Origin: a virus
Lineage: Duplodnaviria; Caudoviricetes
Direction: 5' to 3' (one strand)
Virus record (IMG/VR): IMGVR_UViG_3300021256_000012
Span: 1,367 to 65,366 of that record
Length of the DNA: 64,000 nucleotides
Both the position numbers and the translations under genes were made by a program. Below are positions 49,815 to 57,723 of the stretch, one piece after another; position 1 is the stretch's first letter; each line of letters starts with the position of its first letter. The notes under the pieces are model-generated. The model did not search any database. It saw only the letters and a list, made by a program, of their open reading frames with translations, and had not been told where the DNA came from.

Positions 49815-50288
49815 ATAAATCAAGGTGTTAAGTCACTTTTGGTATGGAGTGGTCGTGATGGGCGTCACATTTTACCACAGAATTTATAAGTAAATCAATG
49901 ACATAACAGCTTCGACAGCTTTACCGCTGAATTTTACAGAATTGTAATTTTATTTCAAAAATGAAAAATGCAAAATTTCAAATTTGTAAAATTTTTCTTC
50001 AGCCTCTCACACGTAAAATATTAAAAAATTATAATTGTCTGTTATTTATTTTTATTTAACTATATATAATAATAATAATAATATTCAGATAAAATAAATA
50101 TTTCTTTTATTTCAGTAACTTAGACACACCATGCAAAACCAGAAAACGTGACGCCCATCACAAGCCGCACTTATGCCAAAATGGTGAAGCATTTGTAATT
50201 TATCCTTGTAATTCAAACACATAACAATTTTTACAAAACTGTTCATAGCTGTTGTTTTTACCAAAAGTGACATAAGCCTTTGATTTAT
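49815..50288. repeat. nested inverted repeats with IHF consensus sites around an AT-rich core (candidate origin or packaging site)
   Basis: 30-bp IR (26/30) 49815-49844 / 50259-50288; 14-bp perfect IR 49855-49868 / 50148-50161; WATCAANNNNTTR matches at 49818 and 50273. Confidence 0.7.
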
Positions 50289-50398
50289 ATAATGTTTTTA
50301 GTATTGCATTACATTAGACAATCTACATCTAAAATAATACAAATAAAAATTATACGTGTTTCCTGAGCATGATTTGTTTAGCATGTTTCATTTGTCTG

Positions 50399-50416
50399 AT
50401 GTTCTACGTGGAACAT
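50399..50416. promoter_or_regulatory. parS-like palindrome
   Basis: TGTTCTACGTGGAACA, 15/16 to TGTTCCACGTGGAACA. Confidence 0.45.
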
Positions 50417-50464
50417 TAGCTTATGCTAACTCAAGTTAGCAATGGCTAACCAAGCTGCTGAAAG

Positions 50465-50491
50465 AAAAGGCGGTATACAAACCGCCTTTTT
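50465..50491. terminator. bidirectional intrinsic terminator
   Basis: AAAAGGCGGT-atacaa-ACCGCCTTTTT. Confidence 0.75.
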
Positions 50492-50496
50492 GGTAA

Positions 50497-50919
50497 TTAG
50501 ACCTCTATCAAATAAACATACAATAATTTTAATTTATCCCTTTCAAGTTTCATGATCCAATTAACAAACATTGTTTTTAATTCATGCAACCAAAACAGAT
50601 CATGATCTTGTCTAAAGTATTCTTCATTTATACTGTAAATGCTGTTAATTCCGTCATTCCTGATTAGAGTAAATAGTGACTCATCTATGTTAATCACGTC
50701 TAAATGAAAGCAAGCGAAATTATCCATTTCTTCTAGTAGTGAGTCGGTTCTAGTAGTTAATATATAGTTGATTAAACGTTTACGCATAATATCTAATGAT
50801 CTAGTATTTTCTTTCATAATTATGATCCCCTTTCCTATGTGGTTGATTAAATAATGTTGCAATGCAACTAAGTAAAGTATAGATACTATATCACAAATAT
50901 TGTGTGATATGCAACACAA
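50497..50919 (-). CDS. AT-rich hypothetical protein (start probably about 50817)
   Basis: SD AAAGGGG before MKENTRS; own terminator. Confidence 0.55.
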   Translation of the reverse strand: MCCISHNICDIVSILYLVALQHYLINHIGKGIIIMKENTRSLDIMRKRLINYILTTRTDSLLEEMDNFACFHLDVINIDESLFTLIRNDGINSIYSINEEYFRQDHDLFWLHELKTMFVNWIMKLERDKLKLLYVYLIEV

Positions 50920-51100
50920 ATTTAAATTGTTTTAAACACACCTTATATATGTACTTATGTGAACGTGTTTAGAATTTGTGGCTGATATATAGATAGGTCT
51001 AGTTGTTGTGCTTGCTCTAACAGCACCGCTTACTAGCTTGGACTTACTTAATATGCTAGACATACCTGAAGCGTATAGTTTTTAAACGTGATGGACTAAA

Positions 51101-51428
51101 AGGGGGTGGGGGGTATTTGGACAGAGGGGGCTGCGTGGGCGTGGCATTTATATATAGCTCCGCTCGCAAAATTTTCCTAATTTCCGTCAAAATGCAACAC
51201 CTTCTAAAATGTCTTATCCCTCTCCACCTTAGCTAAGCCCACGACACATGATACGCCCTCTATGCTTTCTGCACTCTCAACGCCCATTAAGTTCCATCAA
51301 CACGCAATGTCTCTTGCATATCTTTCATTCATGCGCTATACTTCATATACTAACTCCCTTATTCCCCACCAACCTTATTACAGATTTAACGAAAAATTTT
51401 TCACAGAGGGTGGGGGATATGTGGACAG
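51101..51428 (+). repeat. G-rich 24-bp direct repeat
   Basis: 51101-51124 vs 51405-51428, 21/24 identical. Confidence 0.7.
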
Positions 51429-51550
51429 CCCACCCCCTTCCTTTTATAACGTGACCTCTGTATAAAATTTTTTCCAAAAATTTCAGAACTCTGCTGTGTT
51501 CACCTATAATGTATGTAGTAATTACGTAACTTCATATATGGAGATCAACC

Positions 51551-53005
51551 ATGGCTGAGAATTTAAAGCCTGTCGTAATTAGTTCCGACGGCTCAAAACA
51601 TGTTATTGCCACCGAGGGCGAAAAGCTCGACTCCCAGTTCATAAACAAAGAAACACTTATTTCTTCAGACGCAGACAACCAGCTCAAGGCTGGAACTGAC
51701 GGTAATCTGTTCGTTCCACCAGCAGAGCAGCAGACCATTGACCCAGCTACTCTGGTTTCCGCAGAAGCAGGTAATACACTGACTACTGCTGTAGACGGCA
51801 AGCTCTTTGTTCCAGCACCTGCAACCCCTGATATTCCAACCCCAGCTGAGCTTATTTCAACCGACCTTGGCAACTCAATCACCACCGGCACAGACGGCAA
51901 GCTGATTGCAAAGGCAGTGTCCACAGACGCAAATAATTTAATCAAGCGTGGCGGTGACAACGGTGCTCACCTTACCGGTTCAGACATTATCTCTTCCGGC
52001 ACTGAGGAGAACCTACTGTCCGTCAACGCAGTAGACCATAGAGTTCAGCTTCCAACTGCGAAGATAAACGACATTATCGAGCACAAGCTGGACGACCTGC
52101 ACATTGTGTCAACTGACGCAGACAACAAGCTTTCTGTAGGTTCAGACGGTGGCGCATACTACAATGGCGGTTCAGGCGCTACTGTGACTGCTGGCGATGG
52201 TATTAAAGTTCGTGACGGTGAGGTTTCCGTAGCTTACGGACACGGCTTGGCTGTGAACGACACCACCAACAAGCTGTACGTTGACGAGTCACAGCTTGAG
52301 CTCCAGCAGATTTCTGTAGCTTCAACTGATAAGATTTTAACCCTGTCTGCTTCCGTGCTGTCAGCTACCGTGTCCATGTCTTATAACGCAGGTACCGGTT
52401 ATCTGACTCTGATAGGAAAGAACAATGAGGAGCTTTCCACTGTATACATGCCGGGTTCCACTTCTGCACTTATCAGCGTAGAGGTAACCACTGAGCCACC
52501 TGCAGGTTATCCAGCCGGTACATACTTTAAGTATACCTACTCAACTGTATCAGGCATGAGCACCGTGTACGTACAGGTACCTGAGGGTTCTACTGTAGCT
52601 GCAGGTAACGGTATTACTACAAACACTTCAGGCGGTGTAACCACTGTGTCAGCTTCAGCTTCTGCTATCGGCGGTATTGAGGTAGACAACGCAGGTATCG
52701 GTATTAAGATTAAGGCTAACACTGGTCTGGCTACTGACAGCTCTGGATTACAGACAGTGCTTAAGGCAAACGGCGGTATCGTGGCAACTGCTGACGGTCT
52801 TGCTGTTGACACCACCATTGTTCCAACAGAGGAGGCACTGCAGGCTTTGACTGAGCGCGTTGCTGAGGCAGAGGGTGACATTGACCAACTGCAGGCAGAT
52901 GTGGCAGACGCCGTTACTCTGACCACTGTTCAGACCCAGCCTGATCCTGCAAATCTGCAGCCAGGCGAGGGTGCACTGTACCCAGCTGAGGATCTGCTTC
53001 CATAA
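51551..53005 (+). CDS. tail fibre protein 1 with S.D.dN.L..G.DG.L repeats
   Basis: At least five internal repeats, C-terminal coiled coil. Confidence 0.7.
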   Translation: MAENLKPVVISSDGSKHVIATEGEKLDSQFINKETLISSDADNQLKAGTDGNLFVPPAEQQTIDPATLVSAEAGNTLTTAVDGKLFVPAPATPDIPTPAELISTDLGNSITTGTDGKLIAKAVSTDANNLIKRGGDNGAHLTGSDIISSGTEENLLSVNAVDHRVQLPTAKINDIIEHKLDDLHIVSTDADNKLSVGSDGGAYYNGGSGATVTAGDGIKVRDGEVSVAYGHGLAVNDTTNKLYVDESQLELQQISVASTDKILTLSASVLSATVSMSYNAGTGYLTLIGKNNEELSTVYMPGSTSALISVEVTTEPPAGYPAGTYFKYTYSTVSGMSTVYVQVPEGSTVAAGNGITTNTSGGVTTVSASASAIGGIEVDNAGIGIKIKANTGLATDSSGLQTVLKANGGIVATADGLAVDTTIVPTEEALQALTERVAEAEGDIDQLQADVADAVTLTTVQTQPDPANLQPGEGALYPAEDLLP

Positions 53006-53020
53006 GAGATTTTTTAACCT

Positions 53021-53043
53021 GCCATGGATAACACCATGGCTTT
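53021..53043 (+). terminator. intergenic hairpin / weak terminator
   Basis: GCCATGG-ataaca-CCATGGC-TTT. Confidence 0.45.
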
Positions 53044-53069
53044 CATTCAAACTTCATGGAGATTGAAAC

Positions 53070-53873
53070 ATGACAACTGTAAATTATGCTAATGTCATTT
53101 TAAAGGACGCTTCCGGTAACGTTGGTGTCGTACGTACACTTACTGCAGCAGACGTTGCAAAGGTACAGCAGGTTAAGACTGACGTTGCTCTAATTGTAGA
53201 TGCAACCACCCATCAGTTAATCACTGCTGACCAGACCACCTTTGGTGCAACCCGCATTGCAACTGCTGCTGAGTTAGCTGCCGGTACTGCAAACATCGCT
53301 GTTGACGCTGCTGCTTACAAGGCATTAGCTGACAAGATGGTATCAGGTGTTCACTACAAGGGCACTGTAGCTACCTACGCAGACCTGCCTGACCTATCAG
53401 ACGACCCAGCACCAGAAGCTGGCGATATGTACAACGTAACTGCTGCCTTCACCAAGGACGGTATTGCATACCCAGCAGGCACTAACGTTATCGCTTCAAT
53501 CACTGGTGATCCAGCTGTTCTTGATTGGGATGTTCTGGATGGTGATCCATCAGGCTATGCTAAGCAGGCTGTAGCTAACACCTTCACTGCTGCAAACACC
53601 TTCAACAACAACGTAACTGTTGCTGCTGCTTCAGGTGGTGCAACTCCTGCTGTAAACTTAACTGGTGCTGATGTTACCGTAGCTGACGCTGAGTTAGATA
53701 CTACTGATGCAGGCTATGTAGCAGCTGCTCCTGTTAACGCTGGCGTATTAAACGCAGCATTAACCGATGCTATTGAGGGCATTGTGAACTACGAGGCTTC
53801 AGAGCCAGCAGACACTTCAGCTCTTGATAACAACACTGTAACCTTCTTCCCTGCTTCAGACTTACTGTCTTAG
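53070..53873 (+). CDS. tail fibre protein 2
   Basis: Ala-rich; YKGTVATYADLP...GDMYNV fibre motif. Confidence 0.7.
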   Translation: MTTVNYANVILKDASGNVGVVRTLTAADVAKVQQVKTDVALIVDATTHQLITADQTTFGATRIATAAELAAGTANIAVDAAAYKALADKMVSGVHYKGTVATYADLPDLSDDPAPEAGDMYNVTAAFTKDGIAYPAGTNVIASITGDPAVLDWDVLDGDPSGYAKQAVANTFTAANTFNNNVTVAAASGGATPAVNLTGADVTVADAELDTTDAGYVAAAPVNAGVLNAALTDAIEGIVNYEASEPADTSALDNNTVTFFPASDLLS

Positions 53874-53882
53874 CACGAAGGG

Positions 53883-53963
53883 TAAACCTTTCTCCCTTAG
53901 GGGAGGGGGTTTATCACAGTGTCATGGGTTTCCATGCGGGTTATCTTCCTGTGGCACTGTGAT
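53883..53963 (+). other. structured intergenic RNA element (two long stems with G-U pairs)
   Basis: 13-bp and 16-bp stems that pair fully only on the + strand. Confidence 0.55.
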
Positions 53964-53992
53964 AAGCCTTAAACGTTTAAGAGGAAAAAGAT

Positions 53993-55135
53993 ATGACAGT
54001 TGTAAACAACGCAAGTGTAATCTTCAAGGACAAGAACGGTAATGTCGGCAAGGTTAAAGCACCTAGCGCTAATGACATTACAAAGATTAGCACCGCAATT
54101 TCTGACGTGGCACAGGTAGTTGATCCTACTTCTCATCTGCCAATTAACGCAACCACATCATCAGTAGGCGTAGTACAGCTTGCAGACAGCGCAGCCGTAG
54201 CAGCAGGTACATCAGGACGTGTGGTTGATGCAGCACAGCTTAAGGATGCTATTGAGCACGTGACCCCTGCAGGTAATCTGATGACCACTAACACAGCACA
54301 GACTGTATCAGCAGTCAAGACTTTCAGCACTCTGCCTGAGTCATCTGTCGTACCAACCTCAGCTAATCAGCTGGTGAACAAGCAGTACGTGGACGACCAC
54401 GCAATTCCAACACCAACCAACATGATGACCACTGACACAGCACAGACTGTATCAGCAGTTAAGACTTTCAGCACTCTGCCTGAGTCATCTGTAGCACCAA
54501 CTACAGCAAATCAGCTTGTAAACAAGACCTATGCTGACACCAAGGCAGACATTGAGGTAGCATCTACATATGCAGAGCCTGCTGTGGAGAACGGTATTCT
54601 GTTCGCTGCTACCAACTGTATTACAGCACCAGGTTCAGGCTCTACCTTCGCGGCACGTGGAGTTAAGACTGGTTCTGTAGAGTTATTTGCGGGTGCATCA
54701 GTACCAGAGGGATATCTGTTGTGCAATGGTGCTGCTGTAAGCAGAACTCTATATGCAGATTTGTTCGATGCCATTGGCACGATCTATGGTGCAGGTGACG
54801 GTTCCACCACCTTCAATGTACCTGACTTTAGAGACAGATACCCAATTGGCGTTGGTACTAATGTGCTCGGAACTAAGCTCGCAGAGCAGTTACCTAACAT
54901 ATTAGGTAACGTTGATACAAGATTATCTGTTTATAAACAAAATCCCCCAACTGGTGCTTATTCATCATCCGTATTAACTTCAGCAAATTCATATAATTGG
55001 AGTGCAAATACATCAGATAATTATATGGATATTTATTCAATTTTATTTAGAGCATCTTCTTCTAATTCCGTATACACCAATTCAGGCAAGGTATATCCTT
55101 TGAGCCTTGCCTTGAACTTCATTATCAAAGCCTAA
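53993..55135 (+). CDS. tail fibre protein 3 with tail-collar domain and variable tip
   Basis: YLLCNGAAVSRTLYADLF..IGTIYGAGDGSTTFNVPDFR collar motif; 48-aa tandem repeat. Confidence 0.9.
   Translation: MTVVNNASVIFKDKNGNVGKVKAPSANDITKISTAISDVAQVVDPTSHLPINATTSSVGVVQLADSAAVAAGTSGRVVDAAQLKDAIEHVTPAGNLMTTNTAQTVSAVKTFSTLPESSVVPTSANQLVNKQYVDDHAIPTPTNMMTTDTAQTVSAVKTFSTLPESSVAPTTANQLVNKTYADTKADIEVASTYAEPAVENGILFAATNCITAPGSGSTFAARGVKTGSVELFAGASVPEGYLLCNGAAVSRTLYADLFDAIGTIYGAGDGSTTFNVPDFRDRYPIGVGTNVLGTKLAEQLPNILGNVDTRLSVYKQNPPTGAYSSSVLTSANSYNWSANTSDNYMDIYSILFRASSSNSVYTNSGKVYPLSLALNFIIKA
54275..54540 (+). repeat. 144-bp-period tandem duplication in fibre 3
   Basis: MTT.TAQTVSAVKTFSTLPESSV.PT.ANQLVNK twice. 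Confidence 0.9.
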
Positions 55136-55365
55136 GCCTTAATGATGAAATTTAATGCCAACGACAGCGGGTATACTTTTCCGCTGTCAGTGTATACAGA
55201 GTTGGAATTAGATGCATGAAAAGAAAGCTGTTGGAAGTAGTTTGCTGTACCCGTAGGTGACGCTGTTTTACCTCCTAAATAAGAACTGCTAAATGCGAAC
55301 GTAGCATTAACACCATTACCAGCGACCATGTTACCTGAGAGTTCTCCAGTAATGTTCGGTAATCG
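55132..55365 (-). other. silent inverted alternative tail-fibre tip cassette
   Basis: Encodes RLPNITG-variable-SNSVYTDSGKVYPLSLALNFIIKA; stop overlaps fibre 3 stop; no collar domain or convincing start. Confidence 0.85.
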
Positions 55366-55366
55366 C

Positions 55367-55392
55367 AAAGACCTCCACATGGGGGTCTTTTT
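55367..55392 (+). terminator. intrinsic terminator after the inverted cassette
   Basis: AAAGACCTCC-acat-GGGGGTCTTT-TT. Confidence 0.7.
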
Positions 55393-55525
55393 GATCTCCC
55401 ACACAATTTACATATGATTTAGGTATCATTTTAGATAGGGAAATTGTGCTAATTTATTGTATATTCCATTAGAACACTTATAATTTATTTAGATATAAAC
55501 GTTTATATATTCAATGGAGTTTCCT

Positions 55526-56125
55526 ATGGCAACTATCCTACCTGCAAATTTTGCATTTAAAGACGCCGATGGTGACGTCGGCACTGTCAAATCATTGACT
55601 AACGCAGATATTACACTGCTTAATACAGCCCTTCAGGACATTGAAGACTTAAAGTTATGTATTGACGACCCAGCACCAGTGGGCTTTATTGGATTGTGGG
55701 GTGATGATACCGTTCCATCAGGCTGGTTGTTATGTAACGGAGCCGCAGTTTCACGTACTACATACGCGGGACTGTTCGCAAAGATTGGCACACGTTATGG
55801 CGTAGGCGATGGTTCTTCAACCTTTAACCTCCCTGACATGAGAGACCGCTACCCAATCGGTGTTGGTACAAACGTACTGGCAACTAAGATAGCAGAACAG
55901 TTACCAAATATTACTGGTCAAATAGGTCGAAACTATACGGAGATAGAGATTTCTAATGGAGCATTTGTTAGAAATTCAGTTTCGGGTCAAAATGTTTCTT
56001 TAACAGTCGCTGATGGAGCATGGTCGATTGTTGATTTTACTGCAACACACAGTAATTCAATCTACACCGACAACGGCAAAGTTTACCCTCTATCTCTAGC
56101 CTTGAACTTCATCATTAAAACTTAA
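55526..56125 (+). CDS. short tail fibre protein 4 with tail-collar domain and third tip variant
   Basis: Collar motif; EQLPNITG...KVYPLSLALNFIIKT. Confidence 0.9.
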   Translation: MATILPANFAFKDADGDVGTVKSLTNADITLLNTALQDIEDLKLCIDDPAPVGFIGLWGDDTVPSGWLLCNGAAVSRTTYAGLFAKIGTRYGVGDGSSTFNLPDMRDRYPIGVGTNVLATKIAEQLPNITGQIGRNYTEIEISNGAFVRNSVSGQNVSLTVADGAWSIVDFTATHSNSIYTDNGKVYPLSLALNFIIKT

Positions 56126-56167
56126 TCTTCTATAATAGATAAAAGATAAGTTTTTAAGGAGATTCTT

Positions 56168-56326
56168 ATGAAGATGAAATATAAGAAATACACAAAATTG
56201 TATATGTATTACTTAAGAGTGCAACATACAAATCATTTGGCTGAAATATTCAATTTTAGAAATGCGCTTTGTATGGGGCATTGGAATAGACTTAAGTATT
56301 TGCATAAGAAAGTAATGGAAATGTAA
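56168..56326 (+). CDS. 52-aa basic moron protein (not in track)
   Basis: Own TATAAT and SD AAGGAG; AT-rich. Confidence 0.55.
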   Translation: MKMKYKKYTKLYMYYLRVQHTNHLAEIFNFRNALCMGHWNRLKYLHKKVMEM

Positions 56327-56331
56327 TAAAT

Positions 56332-56352
56332 AAGGCGGTTAATTACCGCCTT
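56332..56352. terminator. hairpin between convergent small genes
   Basis: AAGGCGGT-taatt-ACCGCCTT. Confidence 0.6.
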
Positions 56353-56508
56353 CTTCATCTTTCCAAAACTTAACCGCTATATATTCACCAGTGAGAACTT
56401 TCCAAGCGTCATATAATCTGCTGAAAATAGAGCTATTTACGCATGGCTTTTTAATATGCCATTCGCCCTTCTTATCCTGAATTTTCTATTAAAGTGTTAA
56501 TGCCTAAT
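56339..56508 (-). pseudogene. frameshifted copy of the 23386..23568 gene
   Basis: QDKKGEWHIKKP...SIFSRLYDAWKVLTGEYIAVKFW; 5' end disrupted. Confidence 0.75.
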
Positions 56509-56526
56509 CTCGAAGACCCAGTGGAA

Positions 56527-56546
56527 CCAGTAATGTTCGGTAATCG
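56527..56546 (-). repeat. 20-bp site identical to 55346-55365 (stub of a second inverted tip)
   Basis: CGATTACCGAACATTACTGG on - strand, encoding RLPNITG. Confidence 0.85.
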
Positions 56547-56806
56547 GTAAAAGTAATCTTTCGCTTCTTCCCACAATGATTATTTTTCATAACTATGTGA
56601 AGTGGTTCGAGTACCTACGGTATTGCTGGGTTTTATCCCGTGCTGTGGATTCTGCGTATGTGACTAAGGCGCATAGAAGCGATTTAGATATGCTGATTAG
56701 CTGATTATACACAGGATTAGGTGTTAAATTGTTACATGCGTTATAGTTTTTTTGTAACTGATAGCTATAATTAAAGTATCTTGAATTGCAATTTGAGGAT
56801 AAAACT

Positions 56807-57319
56807 ATGCTTACAGCTTATCGTTTTGACAACGAAGGATATTTCAACGGTACCTGCGCTGTGCAGGAAGATGGCCAGGGCGGTGTTCTTCTACCACCTG
56901 ACTGCAATATGGATGCACCTGTTATCCAGGAAGGCTACTTCGCACGTTTCGTAGACGGTGTATGGACTTCAGAGAAGATTCCTACCACCTGTGCAGAGGC
57001 AATTGAGCAGAACTTCACTGCTATCTCAAATGGCCCAGGTCAGCACAATCTTGAGAAGAGAGCTATTATCGAGGCTCTTGTAGCTGCCGATACCGAGAAT
57101 TATCGTACCAAAGTTGACGAGAACTTCATCATGTCAATCGAGGAAATTACTGAGGAAGAAAAGCAGGCTAAGGAAGACGAGGCTGCCAAGGCTGAGCTTG
57201 AGGCTGATATTGCAGCAGTTCGTGAGGATATGATGACTGCTATCGCTATCAATGACGACGAGTGGTTGGAAGAACTCAGAGCTGAGTACGAAGAGTTAGT
57301 AAACGGTGGGGAGAACTAA
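56807..57319 (+). CDS. tail fibre assembly chaperone-like protein
   Basis: AYRFDNEGYF...LPPDC...P...GY..RF..GVW pattern; after fibres. Confidence 0.7.
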   Translation: MLTAYRFDNEGYFNGTCAVQEDGQGGVLLPPDCNMDAPVIQEGYFARFVDGVWTSEKIPTTCAEAIEQNFTAISNGPGQHNLEKRAIIEALVAADTENYRTKVDENFIMSIEEITEEEKQAKEDEAAKAELEADIAAVREDMMTAIAINDDEWLEELRAEYEELVNGGEN

Positions 57320-57321
57320 TC

Positions 57322-57504
57322 ATGGCTAGAGTACGTACACGTTGCAAATACTGCGGTGCAAAGACCTTTGAGAAATATGGTTTACAGTGGTGTTCAAAGC
57401 CATGTGCACCTGGTGAGTTAGATCTGAAAGTTTACGAGGAAGAGCACCATTTAGGTGAGTATGCTTCCGAGGAAGACAACAAGAAGAAGTCTGAGGAGAA
57501 GTAA
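57322..57504 (+). CDS. small Cys-motif (Zn-binding-like) protein
   Basis: CKYC...CSKPC. Confidence 0.6.
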   Translation: MARVRTRCKYCGAKTFEKYGLQWCSKPCAPGELDLKVYEEEHHLGEYASEEDNKKKSEEK

Positions 57505-57505
57505 T

Positions 57506-57568
57506 ATGGCCTGCGGTGGTTCTTCAAAAGGAAAAGGCAGGGGCGGTAAAGGCCCAGGCCGTAAATAG
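57506..57568 (+). CDS. 20-aa Gly/Lys-rich peptide (not in track)
   Basis: SD GAGGAG; MACGGSSKGKGRGGKGPGRK. Confidence 0.5.
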   Translation: MACGGSSKGKGRGGKGPGRK

Positions 57569-57600
57569 ATTATCTCTAAAATAGCAAACAAACGAAACTT

Positions 57601-57630
57601 AAACCCCAGTCACAAGCTGGGGTTTTTATT
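57601..57630 (+). terminator. intrinsic terminator
   Basis: AAACCCCAG-tcacaag-CTGGGGTTTTT. Confidence 0.8.
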
Positions 57631-57723
57631 ATCATAAGGTGAACTATAATAGAAAAAGGAAACCGTGCATTTCTACACGGTTCAAACACATTTAGTTAAG
57701 ACTTTTGCTTGAGAGGAGTGCGT

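Noticed and set aside
49150-51550. tRNA or tmRNA genes in the non-coding region
   Set aside because: No cloverleaf with T-loop GTTCRA and acceptor stem recognised.
55132-55404. Track ORF as an independent 90-aa gene
   Set aside because: Its N-terminal residues come from the terminator hairpin, there is no well-spaced SD and it lacks the collar; better read as a cassette.
54887-56125. Diversity-generating retroelement acting on the fibre tips
   Set aside because: No reverse transcriptase seen; the three variable regions differ at all base types and in length, not only at adenines.
56590-56760. Remnant of an invertase gene next to the tip locus
   Set aside because: No open frame or serine/tyrosine recombinase motif in the frames I translated; I only inspected it by eye.
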